Shown here: positions 48,858 through 57,491 of the stretch, in pieces
How positions within the stretch are numbered: position 1 is the first letter of the stretch
Layout: each line of letters begins with the position of its first letter
Source: a bacterium UBP1_UBA4783
GTDB taxonomy: Bacteria > Krumholzibacteriota > Krumholzibacteriia > Krumholzibacteriales > Krumholzibacteriaceae
Direction of reading: 5' to 3'
NCBI GenBank assembly: GCA_002403075.1
Contig: DHHB01000007.1
Span: forward strand, 2,339-66,338
DNA length: 64,000 nucleotides
Translations under genes and position numbers: made by a program
Notes under the pieces: generated by a model
Seen by the model: only the letters and a program-made list of their open reading frames with translations
What the model was told of the DNA's origin: nothing
The model's database searches: none

Positions 48858-49010
48858 TTACATTGTTGCATTATGTTTATTTTTAAGCGATTGCGTCGAT
48901 TTCATCCATTTTAAAAGAATGCTCCGAAAAACCCGCTTAACTACCTAGTTTCTGCTCGCATCGGATCGCGACGCATGGGAAGGCTCCGGTATGCGATTAT
49001 CGGATCGCGA

Positions 49011-49029
49011 GTGTCGAGTTTTATTACAC
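49011..49029 (+). promoter_or_regulatory. Enhancer / upstream activating sequence (candidate PrsR site)
   Basis: GTGT-CGAGTTTTATT-ACAC, a TGT-N11-ACA dyad about 80 bp upstream of the sigma54 -24 box. Confidence 0.6.
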
Positions 49030-49081
49030 ATTCGATTTCGGGGAATATTCCGCGCCGCTTCAATATTTATAACGATATGCT

Positions 49082-49094
49082 AATTAACCGGTTA
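49082..49094 (+). promoter_or_regulatory. IHF-like binding site
   Basis: AATTAACCGGTTA, one mismatch to WATCAANNNNTTR, preceded by an AT-rich tract, lying between enhancer and promoter. Confidence 0.45.
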
Positions 49095-49110
49095 CGCATG
49101 AGCCGGTGAA

Positions 49111-49126
49111 GGGCATGCCGCTTGCA
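49111..49126 (+). promoter_or_regulatory. sigma54 promoter of PEP-CTERM gene
   Basis: GGGCAT-GCCGC-TTGCA, GG-N10-GC spacing. Confidence 0.75.
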
Positions 49127-49195
49127 ATATTGTCCCGCAGAAAGGCAATTTGAATGATAGGCATAACGAAAACCGACGCCAAGAAGGAGAATGCA

Positions 49196-49903
49196 ATGAA
49201 ACGCTTTATCATTTTTACAGTTACGATGGCGGCCGCGATCGGTTTCGCCGCCGCCGCGATGGCGGTGCCGAGACTCCAGACCTATATAGTGGGATCGAAC
49301 TACCATAACTTCTACCAGCAGGAGTTCGACTCCTGGATCACCAACAGCTCGAACTTCGACCTCAAGGTCGTCGGGTACTGGAACCCGGCGGGATCCGGAA
49401 GCGGCGGGATGTTGAGCGCGAAGCAAGGACAATCGGGCTACGATTTCCTCGACACGTGGCTGATGCTCACGACGCCCATGCATCAGAGCGGGACGGTCTA
49501 CGTGAACGGCATTGAAATACTCGGATTCGAAACGTACGTGAACGCCGCCCCCGCCTCCATCAGCGCGAACCCGTCCCTTCACCAGCACATGCCGGCCGGT
49601 CTCGGCCGATACAACTTCCAGAGCCTCGGCCGGATCGACAACGACCAGATGAACGCCTATGAATACAACCACGGCTGGATCGGAAACCCCGGCTGGGGCG
49701 ACGAGATCCTGGTCAACATCGTGGTGAGCGGCTACAGCTGGGTGCACTTCGACGCCGTCGGCGTGGACTCGAGAGGCCGGACGTACGTGAACCCCTTCTC
49801 GCACGACGCGTCGTACTACGCGACCCCCGAGCCGGGAACGCTGAGCCTTCTCGGCCTCGGGCTCCTCGGCATGATCCCGGTTCTCAAGAGAAAGAAAGAT
49901 TAG
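49196..49903 (+). CDS. PEP-CTERM sorting-domain protein (choice-of-anchor N-like body)
   Basis: Signal peptide (AAAMA/VPRLQTYI); HFD...NPFSHDA; C-terminus TPEPGTLSLLGLGLLGMIPVLKRKKD; RBS AAGGAG. Confidence 0.92.
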   Translation: MKRFIIFTVTMAAAIGFAAAAMAVPRLQTYIVGSNYHNFYQQEFDSWITNSSNFDLKVVGYWNPAGSGSGGMLSAKQGQSGYDFLDTWLMLTTPMHQSGTVYVNGIEILGFETYVNAAPASISANPSLHQHMPAGLGRYNFQSLGRIDNDQMNAYEYNHGWIGNPGWGDEILVNIVVSGYSWVHFDAVGVDSRGRTYVNPFSHDASYYATPEPGTLSLLGLGLLGMIPVLKRKKD

Positions 49904-49931
49904 GCGCCTCCTTCTCGATGAGCCGGTTTTC

Positions 49932-49967
49932 GAGCGGGCACCTGCTGCGGTGCCCGCTCTTTTTTTT
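49932..49967 (+). terminator. Intrinsic terminator after PEP-CTERM gene
   Basis: GAGCGGGCACC...GGTGCCCGCTC followed by T8. Confidence 0.9.
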
Positions 49968-50037
49968 CTCGCGCGCGCCGGATCCGATGGCGCGATGCGC
50001 GCCCGCCGGGGCTGCGGCCCGGAACGGCTCCATTTTT

Positions 50038-50062
50038 CTTGTAGAAACGCTGCCGCCGGTAT
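50038..50062 (+). repeat. 25-bp element, copy 2 (upstream of exosortase)
   Basis: CTTGTAGAAACGCTGCCGCCGGTAT; 21/25 identical to the reverse complement of 47071-47095. Confidence 0.6.
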
Positions 50063-50092
50063 AGAAATACGCGAAGCGAGGGAGGAACGCTC

Positions 50093-50968
50093 ATGAACGA
50101 AACGGCGGCGCGGAGCGAGCGGCGGACCGCGAGGCCGGGAGCCGCGGCGATCGCAGCCGCCGCGCTTCTCGTCGGCCTCTACCTCCCCGTGCTCGCCGCG
50201 CTCGCGAAGCAATGGATCGTCGATCCCAACTACCAGCACGGGATCGCCGTGCCGATCGTCTCGGCCTTTTTCGTCTGGCGCAGGCGCGGCGTTCTGCGCT
50301 CGACGGACGGCGGGGGCGGCGCCGCCGCGGGATGGGCGCTCGTCGCGTTCGCGTCCGCACTCCTCGTCGCGGGAACCGCCGCGGCGGAGCTGTTCACCGC
50401 CCGCGTCTCCCTGCCGCTCATGCTGATCGGCGTTCTGCTGATCTTCCGCGGCGCGGCGTTCGTCCGATCGCTCGCGTTTCCGCTCCTCTTTCTCTTCCTG
50501 ATGATCCCCCTCCCCTATATCGTTTACTACAGGCTCACGTTCCCGATGCAGCTCATGAGCGCGAAGCTCGCCGCCGCGGTTCTTCAGAGCGCCGGCGTCG
50601 AAGTCATCCGCCGCGGCAACATCCTCGTCCTTCCCAACTACACCCTCGAGGTCGTCGCGGCGTGCAGCGGGCTGCGATCGCTCATGACGCTCGTCACGCT
50701 TTCCCTCGTGCTCTGCGCGGTATCGGGACTCGGGAACCGCAGGCGAGCGATCCTCGCGGCGTCGTCCGTTCCCATCGCGATCGCCGCCAATACGATTCGG
50801 CTCGCGTTGACGGCGATCGGGGCGCGCGTGGCCGGGCCGGCCTTCGCGGACGGCATCCTTCACGAAATATCGGGGCTCATCGTTTTCGGAACCGGATTCG
50901 TCATGCTTCTCGCCGTCTGGGGGGTGCTCGCGTGGCAGCGCGGAAAAAAACCGCACACGGCGCGATAA
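50093..50968 (+). CDS. epsH: Exosortase (EpsH/Xrt family)
   Basis: About 8 TMs; W..DPNYQHG, FMIPLP-like motif, catalytic VVAACSGLRSL, ANTIR, LHEISG (Cys-Arg-His). Confidence 0.93.
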   Translation: MNETAARSERRTARPGAAAIAAAALLVGLYLPVLAALAKQWIVDPNYQHGIAVPIVSAFFVWRRRGVLRSTDGGGGAAAGWALVAFASALLVAGTAAAELFTARVSLPLMLIGVLLIFRGAAFVRSLAFPLLFLFLMIPLPYIVYYRLTFPMQLMSAKLAAAVLQSAGVEVIRRGNILVLPNYTLEVVAACSGLRSLMTLVTLSLVLCAVSGLGNRRRAILAASSVPIAIAANTIRLALTAIGARVAGPAFADGILHEISGLIVFGTGFVMLLAVWGVLAWQRGKKPHTAR

Positions 50969-51600
50969 TCGTCCTCCTCGCCGCGCTCGTCGCGTACACG
51001 TACGCGATGCGCTATCGCCCGGCCGAGCAACCGGTCCCTCCGGCGCTCGACAGCATTCCCCGGGAGATCGCGGGGTACGCCTCGACGGAGGAGGCGATCG
51101 ACGGGAACGCAACCGGTCTTCTCGGGGCCGACGCGACGATCTTCCGCGAATACCGCCGCGCCGGCGAGCCGACGATCTGGCTTTTCGTCGCCTACTTCGC
51201 CTCCCCTCAGGAAAACTCGCAGATTCACTCTCCGAGACACTGCTATCCCGGAGCGGGTTGGAACATCCTCGCGGAGGGAACCTCGCTCTTCTCCGTCGGC
51301 GGAGCCCGGCGCGCCGCGCGCAATCTCGTCATCTCGAATGGCGCCGAGCGGCACATTGTTCTATACTGGTTCGTCGCGGCGGACGGGGTCCTCGCCGACG
51401 AGTTCGCCCTCAAGTGGAGCCAGATGAAAAGCTCCCTTCTCGGGCGATCGCGCGCGACCTCGTTCGTTCGATTCTCGATGGAGGTCGGCGAGGGCGCGGA
51501 CCTCGGAGGCGTCGAACGCTCGCTCGTCCGCTTCGCGGAGGAGCTCGCTCCGTTCGTCGAGGCGGCGCCGAAACCCGGCGCCGCCCCGGGCGCCGGGTGA
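50932..51600 (+). CDS. epsI: EpsI-family exosortase-associated protein
   Basis: N-terminal TM; LFVAYF..Q....IHSPRHCYPGAGW, VLYWF, FVRFS. Confidence 0.88.
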   Translation: MAARKKTAHGAIIVLLAALVAYTYAMRYRPAEQPVPPALDSIPREIAGYASTEEAIDGNATGLLGADATIFREYRRAGEPTIWLFVAYFASPQENSQIHSPRHCYPGAGWNILAEGTSLFSVGGARRAARNLVISNGAERHIVLYWFVAADGVLADEFALKWSQMKSSLLGRSRATSFVRFSMEVGEGADLGGVERSLVRFAEELAPFVEAAPKPGAAPGAG

Positions 51601-51633
51601 TCCCCGGCGACGGCACGCGGAAGAAAGGGCCCC

Positions 51634-52458
51634 GTGAACCGAATCTTGACGATTATCAAGGCGTTCGGCGCCGCCATACGCCACCTTCGGAACGGCCGGC
51701 TCGCCGTGCCGCTCGCTCTCTATTTCCTCCTCAAGCTCGGAATTATCCTCGCGTACGCCTTCGGTCCGGCCGGGGCGACCGCGGCCGTCTGGAGGATCTT
51801 CCGGCCCGGGCAGGGCGGCGAGGCTCTCTCGCATTACCCCGACCGGCTCATCGTCATGCCGATCATGCTCGGCAGGCTCGACATTCCGCTCGAGGTCCTC
51901 GTCCTCTCCTTCGCGCAGGGGATCACCGTGGTCCTCGTCGCGCTCGCCGCGCGCCGCGAACGGGTCTCCTTCGCCGCCGCCGCGGCGCGGACGCGGTACG
52001 TACACCTGGCCGTCGCGGCGGCGGTCGTGTCGGCCGCCATGTTCGTCGTTTTCCGGTATCCGCTGTCCCTGCTCGACCGGCTCGCAGGCGTCCCCCGCGC
52101 GTGGGAGCTCGCGCTCGGCGTCTCCGCCGGCATCGTCGTTCAGGCCCTCTTCATCTACGCCGTTCCGTTCATCGTGCTCGATGGGCGCTCGTCGATCGAC
52201 GCGCTCAGACGAAGCGTCGCGTTCGCGGCGCGGCATCCGGTCGAATCCCTCGCGCTCGTCGCCCTGCCGTTCGCCTTGACCGTTCCGACGCTGCTTCTGA
52301 CCCTCAACCCTCAGGCGGTTGCCTTCCAGCTCTCGCCCGAGTTTCTCGTGCAGGTGCAGATCGCGGGGGAGTTCGTGGAATTCGCGACGGGGTACCTCCT
52401 CGTCGGCGGGCTCACGCTCTACCTTCTCGACGCGCGCTCGAGAGAGGAGAAACGATGA
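51634..52458 (+). CDS. Hypothetical multi-pass membrane protein
   Basis: About 6 TM segments; PFIVLDG..IDALRRS motif; ATGA-coupled to the next gene. Confidence 0.7.
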   Translation: MNRILTIIKAFGAAIRHLRNGRLAVPLALYFLLKLGIILAYAFGPAGATAAVWRIFRPGQGGEALSHYPDRLIVMPIMLGRLDIPLEVLVLSFAQGITVVLVALAARRERVSFAAAAARTRYVHLAVAAAVVSAAMFVVFRYPLSLLDRLAGVPRAWELALGVSAGIVVQALFIYAVPFIVLDGRSSIDALRRSVAFAARHPVESLALVALPFALTVPTLLLTLNPQAVAFQLSPEFLVQVQIAGEFVEFATGYLLVGGLTLYLLDARSREEKR

Positions 52459-53981
52459 CCGTCATCACCGGACGGGGCGTGTCCGGGCGGCTCGCCCGGG
52501 GAACCGCGGCGGCGTGCGCCCTCGCGGCGCTCGTGCTCGCCGGCGCCTGCGGAACGAGGCCCGGGGACGAACGCTACGCCGCCGAGAAAAAGCTCTTCAA
52601 GGCGCGGAAGCTGAGAGAGCAGGTCGTCTCGGGAGGCATGCGGCCCGAGTTCCTCCCCCGCGCCGCCGACGCCTACCGCGCGGTCGTGAGCGAGTACGCC
52701 TCGGCGGCGGCCGCGTCGAAGGGGATCGAGGAGATCGTCGTCACGGCCCAGATGGAGCTCGCTGAGCTCGAGTTCCGCGCGGGGCTCCTGCGGGAGTCGC
52801 GGAGCGATTTCGAGAAGGCTATCGACTACGCGCGCGGGATGCCGCCGGCGCGGGCCAACGCCGTCTTTTCGGCGGCGGTCATATCGGAGGAGCTCGGGGA
52901 TAGCGACGGAGCGGCTCGCCATTACGAGCGTTTTTTCGGCGAGTTTCTCCATCCCGACTCCGTTGCCGGCACGGCGCGGATGAACTCCCGCTACCTCACC
53001 GTGCCGATCAAGCTCGCCGACTTCGCCGCCCGGAACGGGCGCCCCGCGGAGGCGGCGCGCTGGTATCGCGAGGCGGAAGGCGTATACGCGGGACTCATCG
53101 CGTCTGACACGGACCCGGGGCTCCTCAAGGAATCGCGATTCAACCTACTCGCCGTTTACCTTCAGCAGAAAAGCTGGAACCGGGGGCTCGCGCTCTCACG
53201 GGAGCTGCGGGATCTGTACCCGGCGCCGCAGGACGTCTCCTCGGCGCTGTTCGTCGAGGCCAAGATACAGGAAAGCGGCCTCGCCCGTCCGGCGGAGGCG
53301 CGCGCGACGTACCTCTCGATCGCCGATCGCTTCCCGCGCGAGCGGGAAGCGGCGGCCGCCCTCCTCTCCGCCGCCGGGATCGACCGCCGCGCGGGACGTC
53401 TCGCCGACGCGCGCGCTCTCTACGAACGCGTGACCGCCGGCTACCGGGACCGCCCGAGCGAAGCGGTGGAGGCCGGCTGGCAGCTCGCCGAGATGGACGA
53501 GCGCGCGGGCCGCTGGGAAGAGGCGTCGCTTCGCTACAAGTCGATATACGCCGATTACCCCGAGACGCTGCAGGGGTTCGAAGCTCCGCTGCGGATCGCC
53601 CGAGCGTACGAGACGAAGGGCGAGGCGGACGCGGCGGACGCGGCGTATGAACGGGCGTTGGAGCACTACGAGAGGCTCGCCGGCGGGCAGCGCCGGATGA
53701 GCACGCGCATCATGGCCGAGGAATACGCCGTCCGCGCGCTGGCGGAACGCAAGCGGTGGCGCGAGGTCGCGGAGCGGCTCGTGAAGCTTCCCGACCGCTA
53801 CCCAGACTACACGCCTTTCCGTGGCAACTATATGCGGGCCGCCTCTATCCGCGAGCGAGAGCTCGACGATCCGGAAGGCGCGGCGCGCCTCCTCGAGACG
53901 TGCGTCGCGAAATACCCCGATACCGAGCTCGCGCGCGCCGCGACCCGGGAGCTCGCGCGGCTCCGCGGAGGCCGCCCGTGA
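52455..53981 (+). CDS. Tetratricopeptide-repeat lipoprotein
   Basis: Lipobox LAGAC; repeated A..Y..I...YP TPR-like helices; overlaps prsK start. Confidence 0.8.
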   Translation: MTVITGRGVSGRLARGTAAACALAALVLAGACGTRPGDERYAAEKKLFKARKLREQVVSGGMRPEFLPRAADAYRAVVSEYASAAAASKGIEEIVVTAQMELAELEFRAGLLRESRSDFEKAIDYARGMPPARANAVFSAAVISEELGDSDGAARHYERFFGEFLHPDSVAGTARMNSRYLTVPIKLADFAARNGRPAEAARWYREAEGVYAGLIASDTDPGLLKESRFNLLAVYLQQKSWNRGLALSRELRDLYPAPQDVSSALFVEAKIQESGLARPAEARATYLSIADRFPREREAAAALLSAAGIDRRAGRLADARALYERVTAGYRDRPSEAVEAGWQLAEMDERAGRWEEASLRYKSIYADYPETLQGFEAPLRIARAYETKGEADAADAAYERALEHYERLAGGQRRMSTRIMAEEYAVRALAERKRWREVAERLVKLPDRYPDYTPFRGNYMRAASIRERELDDPEGAARLLETCVAKYPDTELARAATRELARLRGGRP

Positions 53982-56065
53982 ACCTGGCCGCTCTGTGCAC
54001 GCTCGCCTCCCTCGCGCTCCTCGCCGCGGTGATCGCGGTCCACCTGCGGGGAGGAGCGCGCCCCCAGCGGCGCCTGTTCGTTCTCGCGGCGCTCGTCCTC
54101 GCCGCGGCGCACGCGTCGATCCTCCTTCTTCTTCTCTCCCGCGACTCGGGGCGCGCGCTCGCCCACGCGCGCGCGATCCTCGCGCTCTTCGCCTTCTTTC
54201 CCGCGCTCGGGATCCCGTTCTTCGCGGCGTTCGCCCGCGCGGACGAGGGAGAAAGACTCGTCCGGCGGACGCCGTGGTTCGCCGCCGCCGCGGCGGCGCT
54301 CGCGGCAGCGGCGGTCGTGCTTCCCGCGCGGCACTTCGTGGCGCTGATCCATTTCACCCCCGACGGCGCGTTGTGGGGGTTGACGTTCACGGCCGCCGGC
54401 AAGGCGGCGGCGGTGTACCTCCTCGTCGTGAACGTCGTCTTTCTGCACCTCTTCGAGAACACCTACCGCGCGGCGACCGTCGCCGACAAGGTCACCCTGA
54501 AATACCCCTTCCTCGGCATCCTCACCTCCTCGCTCGTCAACGTCGCCGTTCTGAGCCGCGTGCTCGCGATCGCGACGTTCGACCGAGACGCCGTCGCCGT
54601 CCACGCCTGCGGCGTCGTCGCGCTGTGCGTGTCGTTCCTCTACGCCTCGCTGCGATACCCCCTCTTCGATCTGCGCATCTCCACCCCGCGCGGCAGGCCG
54701 CCCTCCATCGTGAGCGTGACGGTGGCGGCGCTCTACCTTCTCTCCCTCGGTCTCATAACGACGCTCGCGCGCATCCTCGGTCTTCCGTACGACCGGTTTC
54801 TCGTCACCGTCCTCGGCATCTTCGGCGTCTTTCTGCTGCTCGCGCTCCTCATCTCCGGCAAGGCGAAACGGCGGCTTCGCACCTTCCTCAGCGAGAACTT
54901 CTACCTTCAGCGGTACAACTACCGTAAGGAATGGCGGCGTTACGCCGAGATCATGGAGTCGGGATCGACGATCGAGGAGTTTCTCTCGAACGTGATGAGC
55001 TCTCTCTGCGACACGATGGTCGCGCGGCGCGGCTTCTTCTGGACGAACGTCGGCGCCGGCAAGGCCGGATTCTACGGATTTCCGAAGGAAGAGATCGATC
55101 GGGAGCTCATCGAGGAGCTGCTGCGGCGCACCGCCGACAAATCCGTCGTCATCCTCGGGAAGCCGATCGAGCGCCCCGGGGAGGATGACGCCGGCGGGGA
55201 GGACTGGTCGTGGGTCCGCGCCGCCGCGCGCCTCGGTCAGGGCGCCGAAACGCGGGGCGTCATCGCGCTCGGGGAGATGGACCTCGGCCGCTCGTACACC
55301 GACGAGGACGAGGATTTCCTTTCCCTCGTCGCCTACCGGGCAAAGCTCGCGCTCGACAACACGATCATGGAGGAGCGCATCATCGAATCGCGCCAGATGG
55401 AATCGTTCAACCGGTTCGCGTCCTTCGTCGTCCACGACCTCAAGAACACGGTCGGGATGCTCTCGCTCATGGCGGAGAACGCGCGCGTCAACATCGGGAG
55501 CCCAGAGTTCCAGCGGGACGCGCTCGAAACGATCCAGCGGTCGGTCGAAAAGATGCAGCACCTCATCAACTCGCTCAACGTGCGGAAGCTCCCCTCGACG
55601 ATATCGAAAACCGAGATCGATCTCTCCTCGCTCGTCGAGCGGGCCGCGGAATCGATCAAACCGCTCGCCGCGCAGAAGGGCCTCCTCGTCGATTCGGCCG
55701 CGGAAAGCGGGATCCGGGCCCGGATCGACGCCACCGCGCTCAACCGCGTCATCGAGAATCTCGTTCTGAACGCCGTCGAGGCGACGCCGCCGGGCGGGGC
55801 GGTGAGCGTCTCGGTCGGGCGCGCGGAGGACGTCTGGGCGCGCATCGCGGTGCGGGATACCGGTCCCGGGTTCGACCCGGACTATCTTCGCGAACACCTG
55901 TTCCGTCCCTTTCACAGCACGAAAAAGGAAGGACTCGGCGTGGGGCTCGTCCTCTGCAAATCGCTCGTCGAAGCGCACGGCGGACGCATCTCGATCGAGA
56001 GCGCGCCGGGCGGCGGCGCCTCGGTGATCGTCATGCTGCCGGCCCTTCCGGCGGCGGGGAGCTGA
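53978..56065 (+). CDS. prsK: PEP-CTERM system histidine kinase PrsK
   Basis: Multi-TM N-terminus; LSENFY..RYNYRKEW, ESFNRFASFVVHDLKN, NLVLNAVEA, DTGPG, LFRPFHSTK..GLGVGL; adjacent to exosortase. Confidence 0.88.
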   Translation: MNLAALCTLASLALLAAVIAVHLRGGARPQRRLFVLAALVLAAAHASILLLLLSRDSGRALAHARAILALFAFFPALGIPFFAAFARADEGERLVRRTPWFAAAAAALAAAAVVLPARHFVALIHFTPDGALWGLTFTAAGKAAAVYLLVVNVVFLHLFENTYRAATVADKVTLKYPFLGILTSSLVNVAVLSRVLAIATFDRDAVAVHACGVVALCVSFLYASLRYPLFDLRISTPRGRPPSIVSVTVAALYLLSLGLITTLARILGLPYDRFLVTVLGIFGVFLLLALLISGKAKRRLRTFLSENFYLQRYNYRKEWRRYAEIMESGSTIEEFLSNVMSSLCDTMVARRGFFWTNVGAGKAGFYGFPKEEIDRELIEELLRRTADKSVVILGKPIERPGEDDAGGEDWSWVRAAARLGQGAETRGVIALGEMDLGRSYTDEDEDFLSLVAYRAKLALDNTIMEERIIESRQMESFNRFASFVVHDLKNTVGMLSLMAENARVNIGSPEFQRDALETIQRSVEKMQHLINSLNVRKLPSTISKTEIDLSSLVERAAESIKPLAAQKGLLVDSAAESGIRARIDATALNRVIENLVLNAVEATPPGGAVSVSVGRAEDVWARIAVRDTGPGFDPDYLREHLFRPFHSTKKEGLGVGLVLCKSLVEAHGGRISIESAPGGGASVIVMLPALPAAGS

Positions 56066-56071
56066 TGATCG

Positions 56072-57490
56072 ATGCCGGCAAAGACCCTGCTCATCGTCGA
56101 CGACGAAGAAGCGATACGCAAGCAGCTCGATTGGGCGTTCAAGAACGACTTCACCGTCTTCACCGCGGCCGACGCCGCGGGAGCGATCGCCGCGGTCAAG
56201 GCGCACAAACCCGGGCTCATGCTCCTCGATCTCTCCCTCACCGGCGAGCCGTGGAACGTCGCCGGACTCGAAATCCTCGATGACGCCCTCCTCGTCAACC
56301 CGAACCTCAAAGCGGTCGTCCTCACCGGCCACGACGAGCGGGAAAACGCCCTCAAGGCGATCGAGCGGGGCGCGTACGACTTCTGCTCGAAAACGATCCC
56401 CATAGACGAGCTGCGCCTGATCCTGCGGCGCGCGGGGTATCTCTACGCCCTCGAGACGGAGATGCTCCTGCTGAAAAAGAAGGAGAGCGGCAAGCACGAG
56501 TTCGAGGGGATCGTCGCGATGTCGAAGCCGATGCTCGACGTCTTCGAAACGGTGAAACGGATCGCCGCGACGGACGTGTCCATTCTCATCACCGGCGAAA
56601 GCGGAACGGGCAAGGAGCTCATCGCGCGCGCGATACACAGCCGCAGCCCGCGCCGGAGCGCGCCGTTCGTGCCGATCAACTGCGGCGCTATCCCCGAAAA
56701 CCTCCTCGAGAGCGAGCTGTTCGGCCACGAGCGGGGAAGCTTCACCGGGGCCTTCGAGACCCGTCCCGGCAAATTCGAAACGGCCGACGGCGGCACGATC
56801 TTCCTCGACGAGATCGGCGAGCTCACCCCGCCGCTCCAGGTGAAGATCCTGCGCTTTTTGCAGGATCGCTTCATCGAGCGCGTCGGCGGACGGGAACCGA
56901 TCAAGCTCGACGTCAGGATCATCGCGGCGACGAATCGCGACCTCGGGACGATGCTCGCCGACGGAACGTTCCGCGAGGACCTCTTTTACCGCATCAACAC
57001 GGTGAGCGTCGCGCTGCCCCCGCTGCGCGACAGGGCCGAGGACGTCCTCCTGCTCGCGACGCGCTTTCTCCACCGGTACAACCGCGAGTACTCCCGCGGC
57101 GTCAGGGGTTTCGGCGAAAACGCGCAGCTCGTTCTCTCGCGTTACGCCTGGCCGGGCAACGTGCGGGAGCTCGAGAACAGGGTGAAACGCGCCGTCATCA
57201 TGGCGGCGGGGAAGCTCATACAGCCGGAGGATCTCGATCTCCCCGCTTCCGAGACGACCGGCGGAGGCGCCGTCCAGGCCGCGCCGGCCGCGCCGCCGAT
57301 CGAGCCCGCCCCCCTCAAGGAGGCCCGCGACGAGCTCGAGCGCCGTCTCGTCGTCGCGGCGCTTCTGCGTTACCGGGGAAACGTCTCCGCGGCGGCGGAG
57401 ATCCTCGAGGTGAGCCGCCCCACGCTCCACGACCTGATGAAGAAGCACGACGTCGATCCGGCGAATTACCGCGCGCCGAGGGGAAAATAG
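56072..57490 (+). CDS. prsR: PEP-CTERM system sigma54 response regulator PrsR
   Basis: REC (LLDLSL, GAYDF), GESGTGKE, ESELFGHERGSFTGA, FLDEIGE, WPGNVRELEN, HTH VSRPTLHDLMKK. Confidence 0.9.
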   Translation: MPAKTLLIVDDEEAIRKQLDWAFKNDFTVFTAADAAGAIAAVKAHKPGLMLLDLSLTGEPWNVAGLEILDDALLVNPNLKAVVLTGHDERENALKAIERGAYDFCSKTIPIDELRLILRRAGYLYALETEMLLLKKKESGKHEFEGIVAMSKPMLDVFETVKRIAATDVSILITGESGTGKELIARAIHSRSPRRSAPFVPINCGAIPENLLESELFGHERGSFTGAFETRPGKFETADGGTIFLDEIGELTPPLQVKILRFLQDRFIERVGGREPIKLDVRIIAATNRDLGTMLADGTFREDLFYRINTVSVALPPLRDRAEDVLLLATRFLHRYNREYSRGVRGFGENAQLVLSRYAWPGNVRELENRVKRAVIMAAGKLIQPEDLDLPASETTGGGAVQAAPAAPPIEPAPLKEARDELERRLVVAALLRYRGNVSAAAEILEVSRPTLHDLMKKHDVDPANYRAPRGK

Positions 57491-57491
57491 C

